DNA of 63,448 bases, the filler included, from Octopus bimaculoides (lineage: Eukaryota): the NCBI RefSeq assembly GCF_001194135.2. It is 10 parts of 9 records of this genome, joined end to end, with 100 filler letters (N's around TTAATTAATTAA, not from the genome) between each part and the next. Parts side by side here need not be neighbours in the genome. Positions count along the whole stretch, not along the records: positions 42,661 to 52,716 come from NC_068988.1; positions 52,817 to 58,989 come from NC_068982.1; positions 59,090 to 62,116 come from NW_026423527.1; 7 more parts are not named here. One strand, given 5' to 3'. Positions 50,071-61,693 of the stretch are shown one piece after another. Numbering within the stretch: position 1 is the stretch's first letter; the number at the start of each line of letters is the position of its first letter. Under the pieces are notes generated by a model. It was not told the DNA's origin. It did not search any database and saw nothing but the letters and a program-made list of their open reading frames with translations. The translations under genes were made by a program, and so were the position numbers.

Positions 50071-50615
50071 GAAATCCTGGCGTTCTTATTAACAATTTTC
50101 TACAAAACTTTGTCCCATAAAAGGATAGCAAAGGATAACAAATCAACAGTTATAACCGAGACTCACGTAGCGTGTTCAAAAGTATGTCTGTACTAGTCCA
50201 CAGCAGAAAAAGCTGATGGTGATGATGATAACAACAACAACTACAGCAATAATAATATATTGTACAAAGAGAACGAGGAATTGCTTCATATTGTTTGTAA
50301 GTATATCATATTTTCTGTAAATATATGCCATCGCAAAATTCCAGATTTTATACACACACATACACACACACAAAGTGGGAGAGAGAGAGGTATTAATGGA
50401 GATAAACATTAGTATCTCCATATCCATATCAGCTCGATTTGGATTTCTCTTATGTTCATTCTTGACGGCACTGAGCTTGCCTTGAACGAAGAATTCGGAG
50501 TCTATGTTTAAATCATTTTGAGCACTACTGTGTTTTCTATAGTGAGCATACGCAACTCTCAACTATTGTCTGCACATATATGTGCGTGTATGTATAAATG
50601 TATACGTATGTACGC

Positions 50616-50675
<60 letters not shown>

Positions 50676-51548
50676 AAATATATATATAGACACATACACA
50701 GATAATTAGATATGTTTATATGGTTAGTGAAGCTCGTAAATGTTGGCCTTAAGCTCTTACTGTGCTTAAAATATTAAACGAATAAGATTTCTCCCCACTT
50801 ACGAAGAATCAACAGCTACAACTGACAACAACAATAAGAATAAAAATATTGCATCAATGGTAGCAGTAACTGTAAATAGCATATTGGTGGTATAAAGATA
50901 TATTGTAAATACGTGTGTGAGCGCGCGTTCATGTGCACGTGGGCATGTGTGTACGTGTGTCATTATGATTATGAGCATAAATAGCCTCGTTACCATTATG
51001 CAAAAGTGTCGTAAGTCCAAAATGTTGCTTTTACAGAAAATGAATAAATAGTTTCACCATTCAATAGCAAAACCGTTGTACTACGCTTTGACAATTTTTG
51101 ATATCATGGCATTTTAAACAGCTGGAGATACGACAGTTTGACCGAAGGAACCGGCTACTGCAAGCAAAAATAAATATTGAAATATGGCCAAATTTGGACA
51201 TATGACAGTTTAATATAATACCAACGATATGTGTATGTATACACACTCNNNNNNNNNNNNNNNNNNNNNNNNNNNNNNNNNNNNNNNNNNNNNNNNNNNN
51301 NNNNNNNNNNNNNNNNNNNNNNNNNNNNNNNNNNNNNNNNNNNNNNNNNNNNNNNNNNNNNNNNNNNNNNNNNNNNNNNNNNNNNNNNNNNNNNNNNNNN
51401 NNNNNNNNNNNNNNNNNNNNNNNNNNNNNNNNNNNNNNNNNNNNNNNNNNNNNNNNNNNNNNNNNNNNNNNNNNNNNNNNNNNNNNNNNNNNNNNNNNNN
51501 NNNNNNNNNNNNNNNNNNNNNNNNNNNNNNNNNNNNNNNNNNNNNNNC

Positions 51549-51790
51549 AGTGGTTTTGGGAAGATGGGATAAAAAGTCGATGTCATCCCGAATGAAACTG
51601 GGTATGTATGTACAAAGTGGCTTCAAAAGAATGTCGATGAAATTGCTTAGACGGTGAGTAGGGCATACTGGGCCAGCTATAATTGGTCTAAGTTTTAAAT
51701 CTTTTGGATGTAGCACTTTTATGTATTCACTTCCTTGTTCCTTTACTCCCTGTTGAATATCTTCTGACTTGTGTATTTTGGGTATATACA
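51549..51790 (-). mobile_element. Penelope-like element RT fragment (Neptune/Poseidon type)
   Basis: YIPKIHKSEDI...LKLRPIIAGPVCPTHRLSNFIDILLKPLCTYIPSFIRDDIDFL within ORF 51210..51839. Confidence 0.9.
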
Positions 51791-52816
51791 CACACACACA
51801 CACATAAGCAGTGTATTTCACATACTTAAGTAAGCTCACGTAAACGTGCTTACATATGGCTCTGAAAGTATAATGTAGTTTAGTCAGAGATATATTGCCA
51901 TCTTGCTTATTTTTTCACCGTTGTCCTGTTCTATTTCAAGGCATTAGAAGCAATTCATAAGAAAAAATCGAACAGAAAAATATTTAAGGGTTATCAAGTA
52001 CATTCCAGATGCATATTTTTTGTTTACAGAACTATGACGTTTTCTTGCCTCCAGTTTTAGAAAGGTTATGTGCCTCCGGCCATATGAGTGTCACGAGTCA
52101 TTTATACAACTAGCTAAGCCATTTCAAAGTGCGAAAGCAATGGTTACTCTCTTACACGTCATAACTTTCTAATTAGACATACACCAACACACAGACATGC
52201 ACACACTCACACACACATACATAAATATAAACATATATAAATATATAACCAATCATTATTTCTATCTTATCGTGGATGTGTCTGAACGCAGAATACTGCA
52301 TTATTTACAGGTAAAGAACACCTTATATAGACTCCGGGTGCCTAAAAGCACACGTATTTATATCGCTGATAGATGAAAACCGTCTGCACTCACCAACTGA
52401 ACAAATAGGTCACGTAATTTCGCTCTGTTTGGATCCTCAGTGGTAGATGTCCGGTTGCGACATGACAGCCAAATCTCCCTGTTAATGATATATAGAATTT
52501 AAGGTACTCATGTTGCAAATGCTTTTATGAACCACGAGTCCCTTTGAAAAGTTCTCTCAAGGTAAATAGTAAAATGACGCGGTATTCCATGTTCTAATAC
52601 AGCAGTCATATGAAGTTGGAGAAAATGATTGTCTTTTGGTATGGACACCCCCTTCTGTCTGTCTCTCTGGTTCTCTGTCTCTCTGTCTCTTTTTCTCTCT
52701 ATATATACATATATATNNNNNNNNNNNNNNNNNNNNNNNNNNNNNNNNNNNNNNNNNNNNTTAATTAATTAANNNNNNNNNNNNNNNNNNNNNNNNNNNN
52801 NNNNNNNNNNNNNNNN

Positions 52817-53038
52817 ACATAAAAGACACCATTTCGAGCGTGGCCGTTTTCGTGCGGGTGACACGTAAAAGCACCCACTACACTCTCTGAGTGGTTGGCG
52901 TTAGGAAGGGCATCCAGCTGTAGAAACTCTGCCAAATCAGACTGGAGCCTGGTGTTGCCATCCGGTTTCACCAGTCCTCAGTCAAATCGTCCAACCCATG
53001 CTAGCATGGAAAGCGGACGTTAAACGATGATGATGATG
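52817..53038 (+). mobile_element. RTE-tailed SINE family E, little-decayed copy
   Basis: aaaagcacccactacactctctgagtggttggcgttaggaagggcatccagctgtagaaac...ccaacccatgctagcatggaaagcggacgttaaacgatgatgatgatga; other decayed copies at about 53848-54030 and 62500-62620. Confidence 0.85.
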
Positions 53039-53099
53039 AACTATATATTTGATCATCTTTTTCTCTGATACTGGTTATCTTTCTCACTACCTGGAACCA

Positions 53100-53760
53100 T
53101 TTCACTAGAAACTCATCCTTCATTCTTAATGCTGTCCCTTCCTATTCACATTTTACATTGATCACCCTTCTCTACTATCAAATTATCTTTCCTTCACCAC
53201 CCAGCATCTCTCACTCTCCCCATACACTATGTCTGCTTCTCCCCTCACTCTCAACCTATCCACATGTCATCTCTCTTTCATTCTTCCCCTGCATCATTAT
53301 TACTATTCTGCTGATCTTCGCCTCATTCTGTACTGCAGGTCATCACTCTACCTCCCCCAACTCATATGTATCATCGATCACCTCCTCAACCTTTGCCCAC
53401 CATTCACTACATCTTCCCTTGATCCTACCCAGTCTCCACAGTCGTCATTCACTCTTCCATTGAACATAAATCTATCATACTTCAACACTTGTTCTTCACT
53501 CCTTATATTCACCTCCTCACACATTTCCCATCTGTAACCATCTTTCACTCTCATCATACACTCTTACAACCTCTGCTCACCTACACTCCTTATTCTTCTG
53601 TTTCATTCATACTCACCTTGTCCTTTCAAGGTCCTCTCTTACATCTCATCACCACTATCTTATCTCTCTTCCAGCTCCAACATGGTTGCTCTCATCTTTT
53701 CTTCTATAATGTGAGTAGCCATTTTGCTCCTCTACAGCAAGAAACCTGTTCTGTTCTGAC
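53100..53760 (-). mobile_element. Probable heavily decayed RTE fragment
   Basis: CT-rich plus strand; minus strand weakly recalls VEEV..F.YLG and YGSETW-like motifs. Confidence 0.35.
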
Positions 53761-54093
53761 TCTTTCTGTCATAATTTAACCCTACATGTCCTAGCATAAA
53801 GTTTCTTCTCTCTCAATTGAAGTGGATCTTAGTTTTGCAAGCTGCATGGTGACCTCTCTAGTGTTGGTGCCACAAAAAGTACTCAGTACACTCTGTAAAG
53901 TGTAGGGTAAGCAACCATAGACACATTGTTAAAGCAGACATCAGAGCACAATGCAGTCCTCAAACTTGGCAAAGCCTGTCACACCATACAACCCATGCCA
54001 GTTTGGAAGATAGACAATAAAATATGATGATGATATATTGATATACTCACTGGATAAGTTGAATGATCATTACAAATAGTTTCATACTATAAG

Positions 54094-54184
54094 TATTTCA
54101 CTTTGCAATTGATGAAAAACATATTGTGAATCCCAAATGGTGCACAGAATCCGTTGATGTATACCCAGCTATGCATGAATTAAT
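54094..54184 (+). CDS. Candidate exon (FHFAIDEKHIVNPKWCTESVDVYPAMHEL)
   Basis: Acceptor tttcatactataag|, 91 nt open, donor taat|gtaaaa. Phase 1 in fits 42132-42239; phase 2 out fits 57696-57790, giving ...AMHELIASELLEVIEN. Confidence 0.4.
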
Positions 54185-54958
54185 GTAAAAGACAAAACTC
54201 ATTTAGTGAACAAAGGCTGTGTCACTTGATTCAGCATTAGTACTTATGTGGAAACTAGCTAGTAAACAGAAAAAATTGCAAATCAAACAAAAGAATGACT
54301 AAGGCCCCAAGAAAGACACTTGTGGAATTAGTTAGCAGCATATAAGGGATGTGTCAAATCAATGAATAATAGAAGGGGTAGTGTCTGAAGTTCAACTTTG
54401 TAGCGATGGACACCCAGCACTCTATTTTCCTATCAACCATTTCTATTCCCATCCATCACTCATCCCCTTATGCAAAATCTATGTAACTTCCATTAGTATC
54501 TCTCTTCCATTACTCCCTTTTCTCACCCTAGTCACTGTTTCTCATATATACTTTTGCTCTCACTCATCCTGATCCTTCTGTTATCAGTCCCTCTCAATAT
54601 ATACTCCTTTTTGGTCTATTTGTCTTGAAAATAGTGGAGTCACAATAGAAAGCAGTGAAGACTCTTTTAACCTTGCAGGGTACAAGGCAACCTCACAAGT
54701 GCTAGAGTTAGACAAAATGCACCAAATACACTCTTATGCATTTGGCAAATGAGCAAAGACAATCAAGAGCGAAGAGGACCAAACAACTTCTCTAGAACTG
54801 ATGCTATGATTAAAATATGAAGAGCATTCAGCCATAAAAAACATACCAAAAGCGAAATGTATGAGGTAGACCTTGTTCTCTGATCTGTTTAGGAAGGTAA
54901 TAACTCCAAATAAAATTGACTTCAACCATGACAACCTGGTAAATGTTAAATGATGGTA

Positions 54959-55038
54959 AAAAGATAAACAAGAGTGAAAAAACTACAGAAGGCTTGTGTT
55001 ACATGGTTCTGTAGTTTTTTCACTCTTGTTTATCTTTT
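54959..55038. repeat. 80-nt hairpin: perfect 32-bp inverted repeat, 16-nt loop
   Basis: aaaagataaacaagagtgaaaaaactacagaa (54959-54990) / ttctgtagttttttcactcttgtttatctttt (55007-55038). Confidence 0.95.
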
Positions 55039-55077
55039 ATACATCCAACCACTTGCTTTTACATACCAACTTTCTCA

Positions 55078-55140
<63 letters not shown>

Positions 55141-55395
55141 ATAGAAATGGTAAGACAACAAAAGAATGAAAGAGACCTTGATATTATGTAAATAGAGGAA
55201 TTTATCTGTAAATATATGTGACAATTATTCGCTAGCCATGATAAACTCCGAATTTCGGATGTTGGGGCAGAAACCCACGCTGGCATCTCTTCAGTTATCT
55301 GGCCATCAAAAAAATGCTATGAAAATGACCGTTAAACAAAGGGAAAATACTGTGTGATTGACTGCTATTAAGACAAAAGAGCTATTAGAATGACC
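55141..55395 (-). mobile_element. Penelope-type terminal repeat (pLTR-like) abutting (TA)n
   Basis: Homologous to about 60440-60625; carries a hammerhead-like motif; directly next to the (TA)n run 55081-55138. Confidence 0.65.
55240..55299 (-). ncRNA. Degenerate minimal type I hammerhead ribozyme motif
   Basis: Minus strand: gataa CTGAAGA gatg...catcc GAAA ttcggagtttatc, i.e. both core boxes plus stems I, II and a short III; one-nt register defects suggest a decayed copy. Confidence 0.55.
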
Positions 55396-56385
55396 GCTAA
55401 GTGAGGGGAGGGAGTAAAGGTAAGGGAGTAAAAATGTTCATAGTAATCGCGTAAGCGCACCAGTCCATACATACACATGAGCACCCACACACCCACGTAC
55501 ATGTACCTATATGTATGTACTCAACCATCCTCACTTGAAACACACACATGCTCACACACACATTCGCCAAAAAATATATACATATCCACATAGAGTGGGG
55601 TATGTCTGTATACACACACACACGCACATATATATATTAAAAATGAATAACTTCTTATATCTGCTAGGGCAATTTCTGTATTAATTCCTATGATGTCTAT
55701 GATTGCATGAATTCCATATGGAACATTATGCCATATGATATATCAATTTCATGCTAGAGTTCTATTAATTTTGTTTACATAATTTCTATTGTTATAGTTG
55801 TTGCATGGAGTATTATGATTGTTCCCAAATTCCTTATTATTATGCTTAGTCCATTTGTACCTAATCACAGTTTAATCACTGAATTATTCAAATATTTAAC
55901 AGAGTATTCATAGGAAACAATAGAGTTATTTAGACAATTTGTTTGTTTTTTAACCTAAAAAATACAAATATACATATTAATGTGTTATGTGTATTTTTAT
56001 AAATGCATGAGTATGCCCTTACCCACAATTAATTTTATATATACATTTATTTGTTATTTCAAGTAGTTCAAGTTTTGACAAGTGCTAGAAAAAATAGTGC
56101 AAAAGATATTGCTACATCAAATTTTGCAGTGATAAATGTTTCTGCAACAAAAGTTTCAATTCCTAAATACTGCAAGCTGTTAAGCTGACAGCAAGCAAAA
56201 GGAAAGCAAGATGATCAGAGACTACAAATACTAAAGGTTTCAAATAAGAGTATCCTTCTTTCATTTGCATTTACAGACATGTGTAAATACACAGATGTAC
56301 TTGCCTGTGTGCATACTATTCAATGACCATTGATAATCCAGGGTTCACCTGCCCTTTGACAGGTTATATTTTTCATCCTTTCGGG

Positions 56386-56589
56386 CAGCGTTTCTCAACC
56401 AGGGCTCCTTGGAACCCTAGTGTTCTGCAAAAGGTTCCTAGAGGTTCCATGAGAAAGAGTGAGATAAGCTCATACTAAATTCATGATTGTAATATTACTG
56501 TACATGTACAACATATTACTGGTTTTTGTAATATTATAATATAGACATCATCCTATCTAACCTATTATGTTATCAAAAAATTATAACAA

Positions 56590-56634
<45 letters not shown>

Positions 56635-56767
56635 ATGGTGTTTACCATGTGAACTATGATGAAAAAATATGAGAAAAATATGGTAAATAATTTTTTTGTG
56701 CAGGTTTCCTCTTGACATGCAATTTATTTTAGGGGTTACGCAAGGGTAAATAGGTTCAGAAACACTG
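56386..56767. mobile_element. hAT-type MITE with 15-bp TIRs and an 8-bp TSD-like flank
   Basis: Left cagcgtttctcaacc; right ggttcagaaacactg (reverse complement cagtgtttctgaacc, 13/15); flanks ctttcggg / ctttaggc (6/8). Confidence 0.75.
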
Positions 56768-56916
56768 CTTTAGGCTGTCCAAATATTACACAGCACACCC
56801 TGAAGACATGTGATTGGTGTGATTGTCAGTTTGGTCACATACATCCCATCAAGGCAACAGGTTATACTGAATTATATGGTTCCAGTAGTGCTTACAAATG
56901 ACATGATATACATACC

Positions 56917-57629
56917 TTACATTGATTTCAGCTTCATCCCATGAAATGTCAATGGCTTTAAGGTCATCAATGAAGGTGCGGTGCCAAGTCGCTTTTGGTT
57001 GCCCTTGTTTTCTCTTGCCGTGCGGTGGCTTCCACAGAATGGCAGTTTTAGCATGCTACAATGATGGTAATCGGAGGACATGGCCTGTGAATCACAAGTG
57101 GCACTCAGTGACAATGTCATGGAGTGGATGGGTATCAGTTCGGTGATGTATCTCATCATTAGTGATGTGATCCATGTATCTGCCGGAGGTATCATAGCTG
57201 AAATACATTGAGCTTTCGCGTGATCTTTGCCGATGTCTTCCATGTTTCCGCCGCATATATTGCCGATGGTATAACGATGCTGTTGAAGAGGCACACTTTG
57301 ATCTTGATGGAGATGGCCCTGCCTGCCCTGATGAGTTTGAGTCTTTGAAAGACAGCCAAGGCCTTCCCAATCTGGCAGGCAATGTCGCGTTCAGCGTCTC
57401 CATCATTGGCCATGATGCTGCCCAAATAGGTGAACTCATCAATTTCTTCGATTTGGTGATGTCCAGTCATCAAGGGGACGCCATTGTGGTTCCCATCAAC
57501 ATATCCAATCCTCATGATCTTTGTCTTGTTTTCACTTATGCAGAGTCCAATCTTGGCCACCTCCCATTCCACTCTCTCAGTCATTGTGCGAATGACATTC
57601 TTCGTTGCTCCACATAAAGTCTGACACAC
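56917..57629 (-). mobile_element. RTE (BovB-like) LINE, 5'-truncated, decayed
   Basis: ORF 57192..57629: GLCISENKTKIM, EEIDEFTYLGS, AIYAAETW; continues FTGHVLRL and GQPKATW. Confidence 0.92.
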
Positions 57630-57630
57630 A

Positions 57631-57666
<36 letters not shown>

Positions 57667-57695
57667 TGCTTTTTTTAAGGTTTTTCCTTTTCAAG

Positions 57696-57790
57696 TGCAT
57701 CAGAGCTACTTGAAGTGATAGAAAACTCTTCTGATTTAAATGATGTAGATGATGAAGAACAGGATGCACAAGCAGGAATAAGAGATTCAA
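57696..57790 (+). CDS. Candidate internal exon, acidic (ASELLEVIENSSDLNDVDDEEQDAQAGIRDS)
   Basis: Very strong acceptor (poly-T ...tttttccttttcaag|), canonical donor caa|gtaagt, 95 nt open in one frame, non-repetitive. Confidence 0.6.
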
Positions 57791-59127
57791 GTAAGTAATA
57801 TCTGATCATTCCTCTAATTCTTTCCACATTGAAATTATAAGTAAATACTAAATGGTCTTCCTTCCATCTCTTATGGTGCTAACAATGAAGTAGTGGCTAC
57901 TAACTGCTCTTCCCTCTGTTACCTCACATTAACATTAGGCTGCTGTTACTCTCAAGGCAACATCTGATCTTTCTACTTTGACTGTCAACATCATATCAAT
58001 TTTCAAGCTGTTCCATTTATATTAGATTTTATCTATTTTTGCCTGTTCAATGTTGAGAATAATATCCATATCTCAGATTATATGGATATTTTTTCTATTC
58101 AGTGGTCAATAATTGTTAGCAGATATACACTGACATATATGCTTAATGTTGATGTAAATATAACAGCAAAAAGCTAGAATAAACAAGGAGTCACTACTGA
58201 CAAAGTTGGTGTTAACCCAATGTCAATCCTGATCAAGCAGCTCTAGGTTCAAATGGATTCAAGTTCTGACCATCTCATCTTATTTTCAGGATTACATTAT
58301 TCAATCTTCCACCTTTTTCAAGTTAATAGAATGTGAATTGAGAGAGCCTTGACCAGTGGTGGCTCATGTATAGGCACTGCAGAACTGCAGCAGCCCCTAT
58401 TTTCACTCACTATTATCAATAACATTCAATATAATGAGTATTTTTTTTCTTTAGCTCTTTCTTTATACTTGTACATTATATAATCTTTAAGCTTAATGTC
58501 AGTAGCCATCCCCGAGTTTATGGCAAAAATACAAAATCCTTGTATAGAGCTGTGTGCTTCACAGTTCCTATGACATGATGTTTGGCTGTTGTGTGCATGC
58601 TCACATGTCTGAGATAAGAAGCTGCACTCTAGGAAGAGAGAGTACTGTTGTTCATGCAGTGCCAACCCTGGTGTGCTGGTGAAAGGTAGTGTTTCTTTTT
58701 GACTCCATGTGTGTTGTGCTTAAAGACATGTTTATATTCTTGAATGTGATAAATTATAGAATTAGATTATTATCCTACTTCCAGCTACAGTGTTGCTGCC
58801 AGGATTTGAAAAATCGGGCAGATTTCCCCGCCTTCTTTTATGATCTAGGGGGGATTTTTGAAAAACAAGGGGGTATTTACAGTGATGTTCAGTGAACAAA
58901 TGAAACACTTGCCGGCAATGGCTAAAACGTGAACCGATCAAGTTTATGTATAAATTTTCTTTTTATGTTTGTTTCTTTTTACACAATATNNNNNNNNNNN
59001 NNNNNNNNNNNNNNNNNNNNNNNNNNNNNNNNNTTAATTAATTAANNNNNNNNNNNNNNNNNNNNNNNNNNNNNNNNNNNNNNNNNNNNTCGTCTTTTAG
59101 TAGACGCAGCTACATAACCGTTTACCA

Positions 59128-61693
59128 ATGGAGATTTTTTGACATAGACGTATCCATGATAGACATACCCATCCCTCCAAAAACGATCTATATTGAGCAG
59201 CTCATCCCAAAAACACATTCTTTTATAAATAGAATTCGATAGAGGGCGCATTTTGGGGATAAAAAAGAACAACAAAATGATATATCGAAAGAAGAATCAA
59301 AATACACAAGATTGTTTAAGTCTAGAAGGAATCCGCCGTATAACCACAAATTAGATAAATTCGAAGATATTTGGTCTGTCGTAAAGAACATTAAATTCAA
59401 TAGATCACCAAGAATGAACCAACACCTGAAATACCTAGAAGGAATTATTAAGGAAATAAGGAATACTGACAAGATTCTGGTGAAATCTGACAAAACAGGA
59501 AACATCTATAAATTAACTAGACAGAACTACAAAGAACTACTGAAAAAAGAAATTGAGAAAAGTTATAAGGTAGTAAATAAAAATATACTTAAGAAGGCAA
59601 ATATGGAAACTAAAGAAATAATGGAAAAATACAACTTGACAGATAGGACGGAACCATTGGTACCAAAAGAACCGAGATTCATTCTTAAGGATCATAAGGT
59701 GATTTTTGGACACAACCATCTTTAAGGCTTATATGCCCAACAAAATCGGACATAGGAATATTAAGTAAAAATATTATCAATAAGTACATACCTACAATAA
59801 TAATTAAGTTGAAGTTAAAATTATGGTCAAGTACGGACCAAGTAATCAGATGGTTTAATTCTATTGAGGACAAAAAAAAAACACTAAATTTATTCAATTT
59901 GATATAGCTAATTTTTATGGATCAATTAATCCGATAATATTAAATAAGGCAATGTGGTTTTTCCATAAGAAGGCTGGACTTACTAGAGAAGAATTTAAAG
60001 TGATAACAGCTGCTAAAAAATCTTTTATTAGTTTTAATTATAAAATATGGATAAGAAAGGATACACCAGATGCTTTCGATGTCCCATGGGAAGCTCTGAC
60101 TCAGCACAAATAGCTGATATGGTGGGTTCCTTTATTCTTTATGAATTAAATGATCAATTCCCTATGATTAGGGGTGGGGTCTATATAGAGATGACTGCCT
60201 TATATATATTAGGAATAGCTCTAACCAGGAACTGCAGAGGATTATGGGTAGACTGGCTAGATTTTTTCGTAGAATGGGGATGAGCATCGGATTAAATACA
60301 TTCATATGGATATTGGCGTCAAGTCTCTTTGTTAAATGTAAAAATTTAAAACTTTGGATATATACACAAGGAGAACGATCCCTAAGGAGTCTAATTTAGA
60401 TTTTTTGAGGTGAAATCTCCTGCTATATTGGTAACGATTACATAGTTTACTTTGAAAAATTATATATATATCTGTAAAAAATATGTGACACTTATTCATT
60501 AGCCATGATAAAACTCCGAGTGCCAGGGTGGGAGCCCACGCCAACATCTCTTCAGTTATCCGGCCATTGAAAATTCCTGTGAAAAATTACCGTTAAAACA
60601 AAGGGAAATTACTGTGTAGTGACAACTTCCATACAATTTCCCTCTACCAAATTTACTATAAACCTTATAGGAAGCCCAACAATAGACTTAGTTACATCAA
60701 TGTGGGTTCCTGCCATCCCCCCATAGTGTTTAAAAATTTAGTTAAGAACATTAGTAAAAGAATCTCTAGCCCCTCCTCTGATAGGGACATTTTCAATAGC
60801 GTTGCCCCAGTATATAATAAGGCTCTAAAAGATAGTGGTTTTAACGAAGAAATAACCTATACAGCTACTACCAGTCCAGTTGCAAAGAGAAGCATAGGAA
60901 TAGGAAAATCATCTGGCTCATACCCCCTACTCACCCGAAGTGACCTTTAATATAGGAAGATATTTCTTGGCACTGATAGACAGACACTTTCCAGTTAATC
61001 ATAATTATAGGAAGATCTTCAACAGACATAACTTAAAAATCAGTTTCAGCTCAACTGCTAATTTTAAGAACATAATCACAAACAACACGCAAAAACCGCA
61101 ATATGAAGCCAGCTGTTCATGCAGAGATAAAAACTTGTGCCCGCTAAATGGAGCTTGCATGTCCGAAACCATCATTTATGAGGCCACCGTGGACTCTGTA
61201 TCCACTAAGGACGCAATTTCCACGAAGAAATACNNNNNNNNNNTTTATGAGGCCACCGTGGACTCTGTATCCACTAAGGACGCAATTTCCACGAAGAAAT
61301 ACGTGGGCCTCACGGAGGGTAATTTCAAGGCCAGATTCAATAATCACACTTTGAGTTTCAAGCACTGGGACAAAAGAAAAACGACCAAATTACCCAGTCA
61401 TATATGGTCTTTAAAAGATAAAGGTGTCAGTTACAACATCCATTGGAAGATCTTAGCCAAGTGTAAACCTTACACCAGCGGCANNNNNNNNNNGTTACAA
61501 CATCCATTGGAAGATCTTAGCCAAGTGTAAACCTTACACCAGCGGCAGCGGAAGGTGCGGTCTATGTGATATGGAAAGATGGCTGATCTGGAAAGGCAGC
61601 TTAGACCCCGCCACATATCTAAATTCAAAGCCTGAACTTTTCGGATCATGTCCACATGTGGCCAAATATTTGCTACGTTTTTGGTCCCCCTGA
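59128..61693 (+). mobile_element. Near full-length decayed Penelope-like element (RT + C-terminal GIY-YIG; Hydra-clade-like)
   Basis: N-terminal SMIDIPIP; KSDKTGNIY; LKDHK; FIQFDIANFY; MGSSDSAQIAD; YRDD at 60184-60195; YRKPNN; linker CSCRDKNLCPLNGAC (CxCx5Cx5C); IIYEAT..KYVGLTEGNFKARFNNH; C-terminal CGLC...CPH, stop 61691-61693. Frameshifts, stops and one internal insertion. Confidence 0.9.
60292..60625 (-). mobile_element. Antisense pLTR-like insertion inside the PLE RT, with a broken hammerhead motif (60507-60560)
   Basis: Interrupts RT between ...MGMSIG and ...YKPYRKPN; homologous to 55141-55395; minus strand ggataa CTGAAGA gatgttgg...ctggca ctcggagttttatc lacks GAAA. Confidence 0.65.

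Noticed and set aside
50176-50562. 128-aa minus ORF with protein-like N-terminal half
   Set aside because: Runs into (TG)n and (GTT)n repeats, has no donor site, and adjoins the LINE ORF1 relic 5' region.
61186-61547. Direct duplications flanking 10-N gaps in the GIY-YIG region (also near 32390-32520)
   Set aside because: Identical sequence either side of a short gap is the signature of unmerged contig overlap.
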